IMG/VR virus record: IMGVR_UViG_3300008448_000012
Coordinates: 50,471 to 114,470 of that record
DNA length: 64,000 bases
Reading direction: 5' to 3' (one strand)
DNA from: a virus
Of this stretch, positions 20,872-29,034 are shown piece after piece. Made by a program: the position numbers and the translations under genes. The stretch's first letter is position 1. Every line of letters begins with the position of its first letter. The notes beneath the pieces are model-generated. The model was not told the DNA's origin and searched no databases. It saw only the letters and a program-made list of their open reading frames with translations.

Positions 20872-21125
20872 AAGACTGGATCATTGAATTATTCAAAGAT
20901 GAACGTGGTGTAGCTTCAATTAAACCTGTAGCTGCTGCCATATGTACAGTTTTTCTTTGTGTAACAATGACAATCACTAGCTTTGCAAAGGATATGAAAC
21001 CAGCAGACACCCTTGTGGATGCTGTAATGTTTATTGCTCTTGTAGGTATGGGCAGTGATACATTTGATAAGTTCAGTACAAGAAACCTACCAAAAAAAGA
21101 AGAAACCAAACAACCTGATATATGA
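20868..21125 (+). CDS. Putative holin
   Basis: 85 aa, two TM helices, basic C-terminal tail, upstream of the endolysin. Confidence 0.65.
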   Translation: MKDWIIELFKDERGVASIKPVAAAICTVFLCVTMTITSFAKDMKPADTLVDAVMFIALVGMGSDTFDKFSTRNLPKKEETKQPDI

Positions 21126-21730
21126 AATATGTAAGTGCTGTCCTGTTCCTAATCATTCTTGGATTTGTTTTTTATCGTCATCAGAATGGTGGAATATTTG
21201 GACCAGAAAAACCAATCGTTGATACTATTGTTAAAATAGACACTCAGTATCAAGAAGTTACAGTGGTAGAGGTTAGAAAAGTACCAGTGGTACGTGTTAT
21301 TCATGATAGTATTCCCTATCCAGAATACATCCCTGATACATCCTATCCAAAACTAAAACTACAATATGAAGACCTTGTTTCAAAATATACTGATAAGATT
21401 GTGTATGGTGATAGCTTTCCTATTGGTACTTACGGTAGGTTGGTTGTGCGTGACACTGTTCAATTTAATAAACTTGGCAATAGGAGTTATGATGCAAAGT
21501 TTGATATTCCTACAGTTACCAATACAGTTACAATAGTTGAACCTGCTCCAAAGAAGAATGAATTCTATGTTGGTGGAGGTGTGGCAGGTAACAGAAGTGC
21601 TGTATCAGCCATCCAAGTTGGAACAATTATGAAGACTAAAAGTGATAAAATCCTAGGCACTTACGTTAGTGGAGCACCTGGAACCAAGCTTTCCTACGGT
21701 GTTCAATACTACGTAAAAATAGGAAAATGA
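21122..21730 (+). CDS. Putative spanin-like protein
   Basis: N-terminal TM anchor, DT-rich extended stalk and C-terminal amphipathic beta strands ending SYGVQYYVKIGK; inside the lysis cassette. Confidence 0.5.
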   Translation: MKYVSAVLFLIILGFVFYRHQNGGIFGPEKPIVDTIVKIDTQYQEVTVVEVRKVPVVRVIHDSIPYPEYIPDTSYPKLKLQYEDLVSKYTDKIVYGDSFPIGTYGRLVVRDTVQFNKLGNRSYDAKFDIPTVTNTVTIVEPAPKKNEFYVGGGVAGNRSAVSAIQVGTIMKTKSDKILGTYVSGAPGTKLSYGVQYYVKIGK

Positions 21731-21885
21731 AAATTATAAAGTACTTTATCTACGCAGCATGTATTTATGTAATATCTGTTGTAGCTCTTGAAGGAATCAT
21801 CATTGTTGCTGATTCTTTTGGATTTGAAAATGTCAAGGGTTTAGCATTTAAGATTCTCAAAACCATAACATTTAATACTATTTAG
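21727..21885 (+). CDS. Small membrane protein (52 aa, not in ORF track)
   Basis: MKIIKYFIYAACIYVISVVALEGIIIVADS...; ATGA-coupled to the upstream gene and ends 2 nt before the endolysin start. Confidence 0.65.
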   Translation: MKIIKYFIYAACIYVISVVALEGIIIVADSFGFENVKGLAFKILKTITFNTI

Positions 21886-21887
21886 AT

Positions 21888-22394
21888 ATGAAAGATCAAC
21901 CAACTTTGTCAAGAATCAAAACTGCCCATCCTAAACTTGTTGAAGAGTTAACTGAGATATACAATGAGATATCAACTGTGTTAACAGGTAGGGCTATTTG
22001 TAGATTTCCTTTTGTAACAAGAACAATTGCTGAGCAAGATGCTCTGTATGCACAAGGAAGAACTAAACCAGGAAAGATTGTTACAAATGCAAAAGGTGGA
22101 CAATCATACCATAACTATGGACTAGCAGTGGACATTGTTCTTCTGTGGGATAAAGATGGTAATGGTACATTTGAGACAGCTGTTTGGGATACAAAGACAG
22201 ATTTTGATGGAGACAAGAAGTCAGACTGGATTGAAGTGGTAAATGTATTTAAGAGGCATGGTTGGGAATGGGGAGGAGACTGGCGTTTTGTTGATCCACC
22301 ACACTTCCAAAAGACATTTGGAAAATCTATATCAGACCTTCTTAAATTATATAATGCCAAGAAGGTTGATAAAAATGGATATGTATTAATATAA
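21888..22394 (+). CDS. Endolysin, M15 family L-Ala-D-Glu peptidase
   Basis: RTIAEQDALYAQGRT, SYHNYGLAVD and WGGDW..DPPHFQ motifs. Confidence 0.9.
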   Translation: MKDQPTLSRIKTAHPKLVEELTEIYNEISTVLTGRAICRFPFVTRTIAEQDALYAQGRTKPGKIVTNAKGGQSYHNYGLAVDIVLLWDKDGNGTFETAVWDTKTDFDGDKKSDWIEVVNVFKRHGWEWGGDWRFVDPPHFQKTFGKSISDLLKLYNAKKVDKNGYVLI

Positions 22395-22404
22395 AATTGT
22401 AGAA

Positions 22405-22536
22405 ATGGCAAAAGCTAAAGGCGGTGGTTCTGAGAAAACCAAAATCACATTCGGAAAACGTAAGAAAGGTAAAGCTCAGAAAAGCTACAACAAACATGAT
22501 AGGTCAGAAAAGAACTATCGTGGACAAGGTAAATAA
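22405..22536 (+). CDS. Small basic protein ending YRGQGK (43 aa, not in track)
   Basis: MAKAKGGGSEKTKITFGKRKKGKAQKSYNKHDRSEKNYRGQGK; the C-terminal YRGQG pattern is familiar from small basic phage proteins. Confidence 0.7.
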   Translation: MAKAKGGGSEKTKITFGKRKKGKAQKSYNKHDRSEKNYRGQGK

Positions 22537-22608
22537 CTGATTTAGTTAGACAATATTTTTAAATTGACATTGCAGATCTATCTGGATGTCATACCTTTAT
22601 GATGTTTT

Positions 22609-23247
22609 ATGAAACTAACTAAATTAAAAATTAACGAGCTTTGGAATAAATTACAGAGCGTAATTTCAAAAAACCCAGAGGAAGTATCTATTATTATAGA
22701 AGAAGAATCTCCTATTATAATAGAAGAAACCCCACCTCCTCCTCCTGATATGGCTGTAATTTCTGAAGAGCAGCCTATAATAAATGAAGCAGAAGAGGAG
22801 GTTATTGAATATAGAGGATTGTTTTTTGATAACAATAAACAAACAGCTCCAAGAGACATAATCAGAGCTGTTAAGTTTGGTAATACAAATGAGGCTTACA
22901 CAAACAAGTTTATTGTTAAGAACAACACATCAGGCAATCCAACAAGAATTACAGCATTACGTAAGGGATCTTATACACTAAGAATATCTGCCCAACTACA
23001 AAAGTTATCAGTAACTAAGAAAGCTCAAGTTGTTCTTTGCGTAAGAAAGAATGATTTGAATGTACCAGATACAGCAACCACTATAATAATGGAACCAGGA
23101 CTTGTGGGATTGATTGCAACATGGGATTTTTCCATAGATATGCTGGCTGGAGAATATATAGAAATAATATGGTCACAAAATGGTGGAGTGGAAATATCAA
23201 ATAAGCAGACACCAAGTGTGATGTTGAAGATTAATCAGATAATATAA
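22609..23247 (+). CDS. Putative virion protein, acidic/Pro-rich linker plus C1q/TNF-like beta-sandwich
   Basis: IIIEEE repeats and TPPPPP; C-terminal ..GSYTLRISAQL...AGEYIEIIW pattern. Confidence 0.5.
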   Translation: MKLTKLKINELWNKLQSVISKNPEEVSIIIEEESPIIIEETPPPPPDMAVISEEQPIINEAEEEVIEYRGLFFDNNKQTAPRDIIRAVKFGNTNEAYTNKFIVKNNTSGNPTRITALRKGSYTLRISAQLQKLSVTKKAQVVLCVRKNDLNVPDTATTIIMEPGLVGLIATWDFSIDMLAGEYIEIIWSQNGGVEISNKQTPSVMLKINQII

Positions 23248-25067
23248 TGACAAGTAGACAAATAGGATGGAGCCAAGAATCTAACCTTCTCTATGAAATA
23301 GGGAAGCAGTTGGATATTCTTGCCAAGGTTTTAGCAAACTCTGGTAAGGGTAGTTTGGAAGCATACCCAGATTTGGCTTCTTTTCCTCCAGTGGGAGTTC
23401 CAGGAGTGATATACTTGGCTGAAGACACTGGATACATATATTATTGGGATGGAGCATCTTATGTTCAGTTTGGAGGAGGATCATATGTTCCTACCTCAAG
23501 ACAGCTAACCATAAATGGTGTTACGTTTGATTTGTCAGCAGACAGAACATGGACAATAAGTACAGGGGATGATATAACTGTTGTAGCAAACTATTCAGCT
23601 CTCCCTGCTCCAAACACTGTAACAGGACAATTCTATTGGTGTTCAAATCCTCAAGGAACAGCATGGCTTCCTGGATCTGTAGGAGGAACATACTATAATT
23701 CAGGACTTTATTATTCAAATGGAACAACATGGGAATTTCTCAATGTTCCATACCAAGCAACACAATCTGAGGTTAATGCAGGAATAATATCAGACAAGTT
23801 TGTAACTCCAAACACTCTGTTCAATTCTTCCCAATGGGGCACAAAAGAAAACCCATTAACATTCTCTGCCCCTCTTTCAAGAAGTGTAAACACAATTAGC
23901 ATTCCTGCTGCATCGTCTTCAGCCAATGGTTATTTATCATCTACGGATTGGTCAACATTCAATGGCAAACAAGGTGCTTTAACACTCACCACCACAGGCA
24001 CATCAGGTGCTGCTACATTGGTAGGAAATACGCTTAATATTCCGCAGTATTCAGGCGGAGGTGGTGGTATGGCTATCGGTGGAAGCATAACTTCTGCAAC
24101 GGCAGGTAGTGTGTTGTTTGCGGGAACAAGTGGGGTGTTGGCGCAGGATAATAGCAACCTGTTTTGGGACAATACTAATAAGAGGTTGGGGATTGGGACG
24201 GTAAGTCCGCAAGGCCCTTTTCATATCAATTCAAATATTACTGCAGCTACTAATGGTTTAACAATAACAAGAAATGCAGTTTCTTTATCAGATGCAAATT
24301 TTCAGATAACAAGTGCAACAAATAATAGCGGAGAATTTTTACCTGCTTTTTTATTCACAAGTAATTTTTCTGCTCCTGGATTTACAATTGGTGGTTTTTT
24401 AAGTGCAAGAATTACAAATAGTTCAACAACTGATATAGGAATTATTCTTGATGCAAGAACTAAATCAGCTTCAGCATTAACACAAGGATACATTTTATCG
24501 ATTAGAGGTTTTACAACTGATTATGTTCGAATAGCACATAATGGTAATATGATTCTACAAAACGGAGGCACTTTCACCGACGCAGGCTTCAGACTCGATG
24601 TTAACGGAACGATGAGGGTGCAGAGTGAGACTGTATTAAATAATTTTTCAATTGGTAGAACATCACTTTCTCCAAGCTATCCTGCAATATGGATAGATAA
24701 TGGGAATAGAACGCTTTTATCAAATTATTCTTATTCAGGATACTTACAACTTCAAGGCGCATATAATAATGAGGGAGCGCATTTAAGACTTTCAGGAAAA
24801 ACTTCTATATCAAATACGGCTAATAGCGCAATTTTAATTACGAGTGGATTTGTTATCGGTGTTTATGGAGTTGATAATGTAGGAATAAATCCAAACACTT
24901 CTGCAATATTACAAGCTAACTCAACTACTCAGGGCTTCCTTCCTCCAAGAATGACAACCACGCAGAAAAACGCTATAAGTTCTCCAGCATCAGGATTGGT
25001 GGTTTATGATTCTACAACAAATAAACTTTGCTGCTATAACGGCAGTACATGGAATGATTTATTTTAA
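23247..25067 (+). CDS. Tail/head fibre protein 2 with RQIGWSQE anchor
   Basis: N-terminal MTSRQIGWSQESNLL; fibre blocks shared with ORF 16151; C-terminal GFLPPRMTTTQKNAI..GLVVYDSTTNKL..YNGSTW. Confidence 0.8.
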   Translation: MTSRQIGWSQESNLLYEIGKQLDILAKVLANSGKGSLEAYPDLASFPPVGVPGVIYLAEDTGYIYYWDGASYVQFGGGSYVPTSRQLTINGVTFDLSADRTWTISTGDDITVVANYSALPAPNTVTGQFYWCSNPQGTAWLPGSVGGTYYNSGLYYSNGTTWEFLNVPYQATQSEVNAGIISDKFVTPNTLFNSSQWGTKENPLTFSAPLSRSVNTISIPAASSSANGYLSSTDWSTFNGKQGALTLTTTGTSGAATLVGNTLNIPQYSGGGGGMAIGGSITSATAGSVLFAGTSGVLAQDNSNLFWDNTNKRLGIGTVSPQGPFHINSNITAATNGLTITRNAVSLSDANFQITSATNNSGEFLPAFLFTSNFSAPGFTIGGFLSARITNSSTTDIGIILDARTKSASALTQGYILSIRGFTTDYVRIAHNGNMILQNGGTFTDAGFRLDVNGTMRVQSETVLNNFSIGRTSLSPSYPAIWIDNGNRTLLSNYSYSGYLQLQGAYNNEGAHLRLSGKTSISNTANSAILITSGFVIGVYGVDNVGINPNTSAILQANSTTQGFLPPRMTTTQKNAISSPASGLVVYDSTTNKLCCYNGSTWNDLF

Positions 25068-25078
25068 TACATAATAAC

Positions 25079-25102
25079 ATGGCAAATATTCAACCTGTTT
25101 GA
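25079..25102 (+). pseudogene. 7-codon relic of a fibre-chaperone gene (MANIQPV*)
   Basis: Matches the start of ORF 19791 (MAQIQPIV) and sits in the same position, right after a fibre gene. Confidence 0.55.
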
Positions 25103-25126
25103 AGTTGAATAATAAAATATAATAAA

Positions 25127-26299
25127 ATGGCTAATAGACAAATTGGTTGGAGTCAGGAAGCTAATCTTCTATATCTCATCTCTGGACAAGTGGACAGGGT
25201 TGCCCAAATAATTGCTAGTTCTGGTGTAGGAGGTGGGGTGAGTTCGTTCAATACCAGAACAGGAGATATTACACTTCTTTCTTCAGATGTAACAACTGCT
25301 CTTGGATATACGCCTACAAATGGTAATATTTATGGTACTAATGGTTCACTCACTGGAGTGAGAACTGTTAATACAGGAGCATATGCATTGGCTTTCACTG
25401 CTACACAGCCTGCTGCCAGTTATGCATTTACAATTGGTACACCTACAGGTGTGAGTGTTCCTTCTTGGCCTGCAACATTTGTAAGGCAAGGTGAATTTAA
25501 TATTTCATCAACATCTTCTGCTGAACCTGAAAACTCCAGGTATTGGGGAAGAAACCAAACGACAGCTCTTAAAAGTCTTTATGTAAATCAATCATATGCT
25601 GATGTCACTGCTGAAACAGCAGGAGGAGGTGTTTCTTTATATAATCAAAGTATAAGAACATACAGAGGATCTCCACTTGATATAAGCACTGCAGTTACAA
25701 CATTGTCTAATTTAACAGGTGTAGTTAATACTATAGGACATGGTTATTCTGGAACATCGTTAACTACTGCTCAAATACATACCCAAAATGTAAACGCAGT
25801 CCAATCTTCTATACAGAATAACGTTGGTACAATGGTTAATGCTAACGGATATCGTATTATTCTTTCGATGTCACCAACCTCAACCAGTCAGAATTCCGCA
25901 ATTACAAACTTCTATGGAGTAAATATAGGTACATTTACCATAGGAGCAACCAGTGGACCAACAGCCACCATTACAAATTTCTATGCTCTTTATATAGATG
26001 GTATAACAACCCGTGCTACAGGAACTGTTACAAACAGGTGGGGTATATATTCAACAGATTCCACTATGACACATTACCTTAATGGTAATGTATTGATTGG
26101 TACAAGTACAATTGCTGGATTTAAACTAGATGTAAATGGGACGATGAGAGCATCTCAGTTTTATTTGAGTGCATTGAATTCAACTCCTGCTTCAGCAGGA
26201 GCAACAGGAACACTTGGAGAAATCAGAATTGACGCAAACTATATTTATGTATGTACAGCAACCAACACTTGGAAGCGTGCATCCATAGCAACTTGGTAA
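25127..26299 (+). CDS. Fibre protein 3 with RQIGWSQE anchor
   Basis: MANRQIGWSQEANLL, VSSFNTRTGDITL block, C-terminal GEIRIDANYIYVCTATNTWKR. Confidence 0.8.
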   Translation: MANRQIGWSQEANLLYLISGQVDRVAQIIASSGVGGGVSSFNTRTGDITLLSSDVTTALGYTPTNGNIYGTNGSLTGVRTVNTGAYALAFTATQPAASYAFTIGTPTGVSVPSWPATFVRQGEFNISSTSSAEPENSRYWGRNQTTALKSLYVNQSYADVTAETAGGGVSLYNQSIRTYRGSPLDISTAVTTLSNLTGVVNTIGHGYSGTSLTTAQIHTQNVNAVQSSIQNNVGTMVNANGYRIILSMSPTSTSQNSAITNFYGVNIGTFTIGATSGPTATITNFYALYIDGITTRATGTVTNRWGIYSTDSTMTHYLNGNVLIGTSTIAGFKLDVNGTMRASQFYLSALNSTPASAGATGTLGEIRIDANYIYVCTATNTWKRASIATW

Positions 26300-26310
26300 A
26301 ATATAATAAA

Positions 26311-26994
26311 ATGGGAATTCCAAATAGACAAATAGGTATTTATAAAATCACTAGTCCTAGTGGTAAAACCTATATTGGTCAAAGTTGGAATATTAGAAAA
26401 AGAATTTATAAGTATAAAAGTGTACAAGGTTGCAAAAAACAAAGAATTTTATATAATTCTCTTAAAAAATATGGTTGGGAAAATCATATATTTGAAGTTG
26501 TCTATACATTACCCATAGAAACAGAGCAACGCACTTTAGATAACTATGAAATATTTTATATTATTCAGTTTAAAGAAGCTGGATATGAAATGATGAATAT
26601 AAAAGAAGGAGGTTCAGGAGGTAAATTATCTAAAGAATCTATACAAAAGATGATAGAGACTAGAGGAAAATGGAACCACTCAGAAGAAACTAAAAAGAAA
26701 ATCAGTGAGTCTCACAAAGGAATAAAACATTCTTTAGAGACTATTAAAAAAATGAAAGGAAGAAAATTTACAATTGAACATGTAAATAAAATGAAAGGAA
26801 GAAAGCGCAATGAATCAACTGTAGAAAAATTTAAAAAAATTATTCTTCCTGGCAGATTAGTTTTAGATAAAGAGATGGGAATTTTTTATGATAGTATTGC
26901 GATGGCAGCTAAAATTTTTAGAATAAATCAAAAAACACTACATAATAGACTTACAGGAATTTCAAAAAATACTACTAATTTAATACTTGTATAA
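26311..26994 (+). CDS. GIY-YIG homing endonuclease with NUMOD3-type repeats
   Basis: GIYKITSPSGKTYIGQS and HSEETKKKISESHKG repeats. The likely start is ATG 26311 (MGIPNRQIG). Confidence 0.9.
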   Translation: MGIPNRQIGIYKITSPSGKTYIGQSWNIRKRIYKYKSVQGCKKQRILYNSLKKYGWENHIFEVVYTLPIETEQRTLDNYEIFYIIQFKEAGYEMMNIKEGGSGGKLSKESIQKMIETRGKWNHSEETKKKISESHKGIKHSLETIKKMKGRKFTIEHVNKMKGRKRNESTVEKFKKIILPGRLVLDKEMGIFYDSIAMAAKIFRINQKTLHNRLTGISKNTTNLILV

Positions 26995-26996
26995 TT

Positions 26997-27137
26997 ATGA
27001 TACCTTCAAGACAAATAGGATGGTCTCAAGAAGCCAATCTCTTATGGGAGATAGCAAGAAAACTTGAAAGACTTATTCAAGTTGCTGGACCAACAAGTCC
27101 TACAACCACAACCACTACTACAACTGTAGCTCCTTAA
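26997..27137 (+). CDS. 46-aa RQIGWSQE-anchor peptide with poly-Thr tail (not in track)
   Basis: MIPSRQIGWSQEANLLWEIARKLERLIQVAGPTSPTTTTTTTTVAP; Thr codons are mixed. Confidence 0.8.
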   Translation: MIPSRQIGWSQEANLLWEIARKLERLIQVAGPTSPTTTTTTTTVAP

Positions 27138-27164
27138 GAATTATAAAACCAACAAAAACTACAT

Positions 27165-28184
27165 ATGAAGGATCTAAAGTTCCTTTGCGTTCAGCCTGAT
27201 GATCATTATTACGTTTGGCAAGTGCACACATGGATTGAGAGTTTAAAAAATATTGGAAAGAGTGGGGACGCTATAGTGGTTGTTTTCACTCCAGACTTCA
27301 GAGAATTCAATACGAAATGGAAAGAGCTACAGGCTTTGTATCCAGAGGTTGAATTCTTTTTTGTTAAGGATGAGGATGGAATCAGCAAACTGATAAGAGT
27401 GTATATTCCCATCATCAGACCTTATTCACTGATGAAATATTTTCAAGCTCGTCCAGAGATGGTACAAAAAGCAATATTCTATTGTGACTGTGATATCATC
27501 TTTACAGAGAAGTTCAATGTTGATCAATATGTAGATGATGATGTTTGCTACCTATCTGATACAAACAGCTACATCAATGCTTCATATTTTGACAGCAAGA
27601 TAAAAGATGTCAAACCTGAACTTCTCGAAGAATATAAGAAGATGGATGTTCTTTCTGGAGCATGCAGTCTTGTAGGAATAACACGTGAGATATGTGAGAA
27701 GAACAATCAGCATTCAGGAGGAGCACAATATCTTCTGAAGAACGTAGGAGCAAGCTTTTGGGAAAAGGTGATTGGTGATTGCATTATGATAAGAACCTAT
27801 CTCTCTGCTATAAACAAAGACTTCTTTGAGAATGAGAGTAAGGGGTTTCAGTCTTGGTGCTCTGATATGTGGGCTGTGCTTTGGAACCTTTGGTTAAGAG
27901 AACAAGAAACAAAATGTATTCCTGAAATGAATTTTGCATGGAGTACAGATCATATAAGTAAATTAAATAATTCAACGATCCTTCATAATGCAGGAATATC
28001 ATCCACACATATGGGAGATGTTCCAGTGTTCTACAAAGGACTCTATCACAATAAAAAAGATCCTTTTGAGGATCCACATTTAACCAACGTTTTAAATAAT
28101 GAAAAGAGCAAGAGTCTCTGTAATCATTACTATTTGACAAAAATGTTTGAAGTTAAAAATAAATATAATTTAAACTATGGCTAG
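27165..28184 (+). CDS. Putative GT-A glycosyltransferase (HPAT/SGT, GT95/GT96-like)
   Basis: DxD motif FYCDCDIIF, GGAQYL, WCSDMWAVL (resembles the W..EM motif of HPAT/SGT enzymes) and ILHNAG. Confidence 0.6.
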   Translation: MKDLKFLCVQPDDHYYVWQVHTWIESLKNIGKSGDAIVVVFTPDFREFNTKWKELQALYPEVEFFFVKDEDGISKLIRVYIPIIRPYSLMKYFQARPEMVQKAIFYCDCDIIFTEKFNVDQYVDDDVCYLSDTNSYINASYFDSKIKDVKPELLEEYKKMDVLSGACSLVGITREICEKNNQHSGGAQYLLKNVGASFWEKVIGDCIMIRTYLSAINKDFFENESKGFQSWCSDMWAVLWNLWLREQETKCIPEMNFAWSTDHISKLNNSTILHNAGISSTHMGDVPVFYKGLYHNKKDPFEDPHLTNVLNNEKSKSLCNHYYLTKMFEVKNKYNLNYG

Positions 28185-28596
28185 TAATAAACGCTTTTTA
28201 AAAGCATACGCAAGATTTGATGGTTCTGGAAGAATTGTTCCATCTAGCACTATTCTCAGAAAGAATAAACCTAAGGTGGGTAATTGGACAGAAGTGCAAA
28301 CATATGAGTGCTGCAATGAAGTATCCTCCTATGATCTATTTGCTATACCACCATTACCAATAACTTGGCCCGATGTAATATTTTTCTGTAACGAAGAAGG
28401 ATTACCTATTGGATCTGGTTTCCCAGGAACATACACAACATTGGAAGAGCTAGCAGATGCATTTAATGCTGAAATAGGCTCAATGTATGGAGTTTTCTCA
28501 GTGTACAACGATGGTATAAAACTCACGGTATCAGCAGAGTTTAAGAACACCCACTGTCCAAATGGTGTTTTAACATATGGTATTATACCAGACTAA
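28177..28596 (+). CDS. KR..CC anchor family paralog 1
   Basis: KRFLKAYARFDGSGRIVPSSTILRKNKPKVGNWTEVQTYECCN followed by a small domain ending CPNG. Confidence 0.75.
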   Translation: MASNKRFLKAYARFDGSGRIVPSSTILRKNKPKVGNWTEVQTYECCNEVSSYDLFAIPPLPITWPDVIFFCNEEGLPIGSGFPGTYTTLEELADAFNAEIGSMYGVFSVYNDGIKLTVSAEFKNTHCPNGVLTYGIIPD

Positions 28597-28606
28597 AATA
28601 TAAAAT

Positions 28607-29029
28607 ATGTCTAACAAACGTTTCCTAAGAGCTTTTGTAGAATACGATGGAACAGGGAGAGTGCTTCCTGGAAGTCTTGTTCTGCGTGGCAACATCCCAA
28701 GAGTTGGGAACTGGGGAGAGATTCCTGCATACAAATGTTGCAATCCCTCTACACCAATGTCCAACACTGTAACAGCTGGTGGTGAACCAGGAACTATTTG
28801 TGTATATGGATTTGAGCTGTTCTGTGATGAATTGTTTCTGTTTGGAATAGCATTTGATTTTGGAGACACTATGACAAGTGTTCTTTCAGGATTGAATTCT
28901 TCATATGGATTCCTTGGACAATGGACAGCTCCTGACAGTGGAACAATCAAGCTTGATATGAAAGACGAAGTTGCTAAAGGACTTTGTCCAAATGGAACCA
29001 TAACAATTACCTATATTTGTGGAGGATAA
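28607..29029 (+). CDS. KR..CC anchor family paralog 2
   Basis: KRFLRAFVEYDGTGRVLPGSLVLRGNIPRVGNWGEIPAYKCCN; C-terminal domain homologous to paralog 1. Confidence 0.75.
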   Translation: MSNKRFLRAFVEYDGTGRVLPGSLVLRGNIPRVGNWGEIPAYKCCNPSTPMSNTVTAGGEPGTICVYGFELFCDELFLFGIAFDFGDTMTSVLSGLNSSYGFLGQWTAPDSGTIKLDMKDEVAKGLCPNGTITITYICGG

Positions 29030-29034
29030 ACATT

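Noticed and set aside
22685-22800. Short CCTAT(T/A)ATAATAGAAGAA-like repeats as a regulatory array
   Set aside because: They are explained by coding repeats (PIIIEE) in a low-complexity linker.
26311-27020. Group I intron splitting an RQIG|WSQE gene
   Set aside because: The endonuclease ORF fills the whole interval, leaving no room for a ribozyme core, and the downstream gene has its own intact start.
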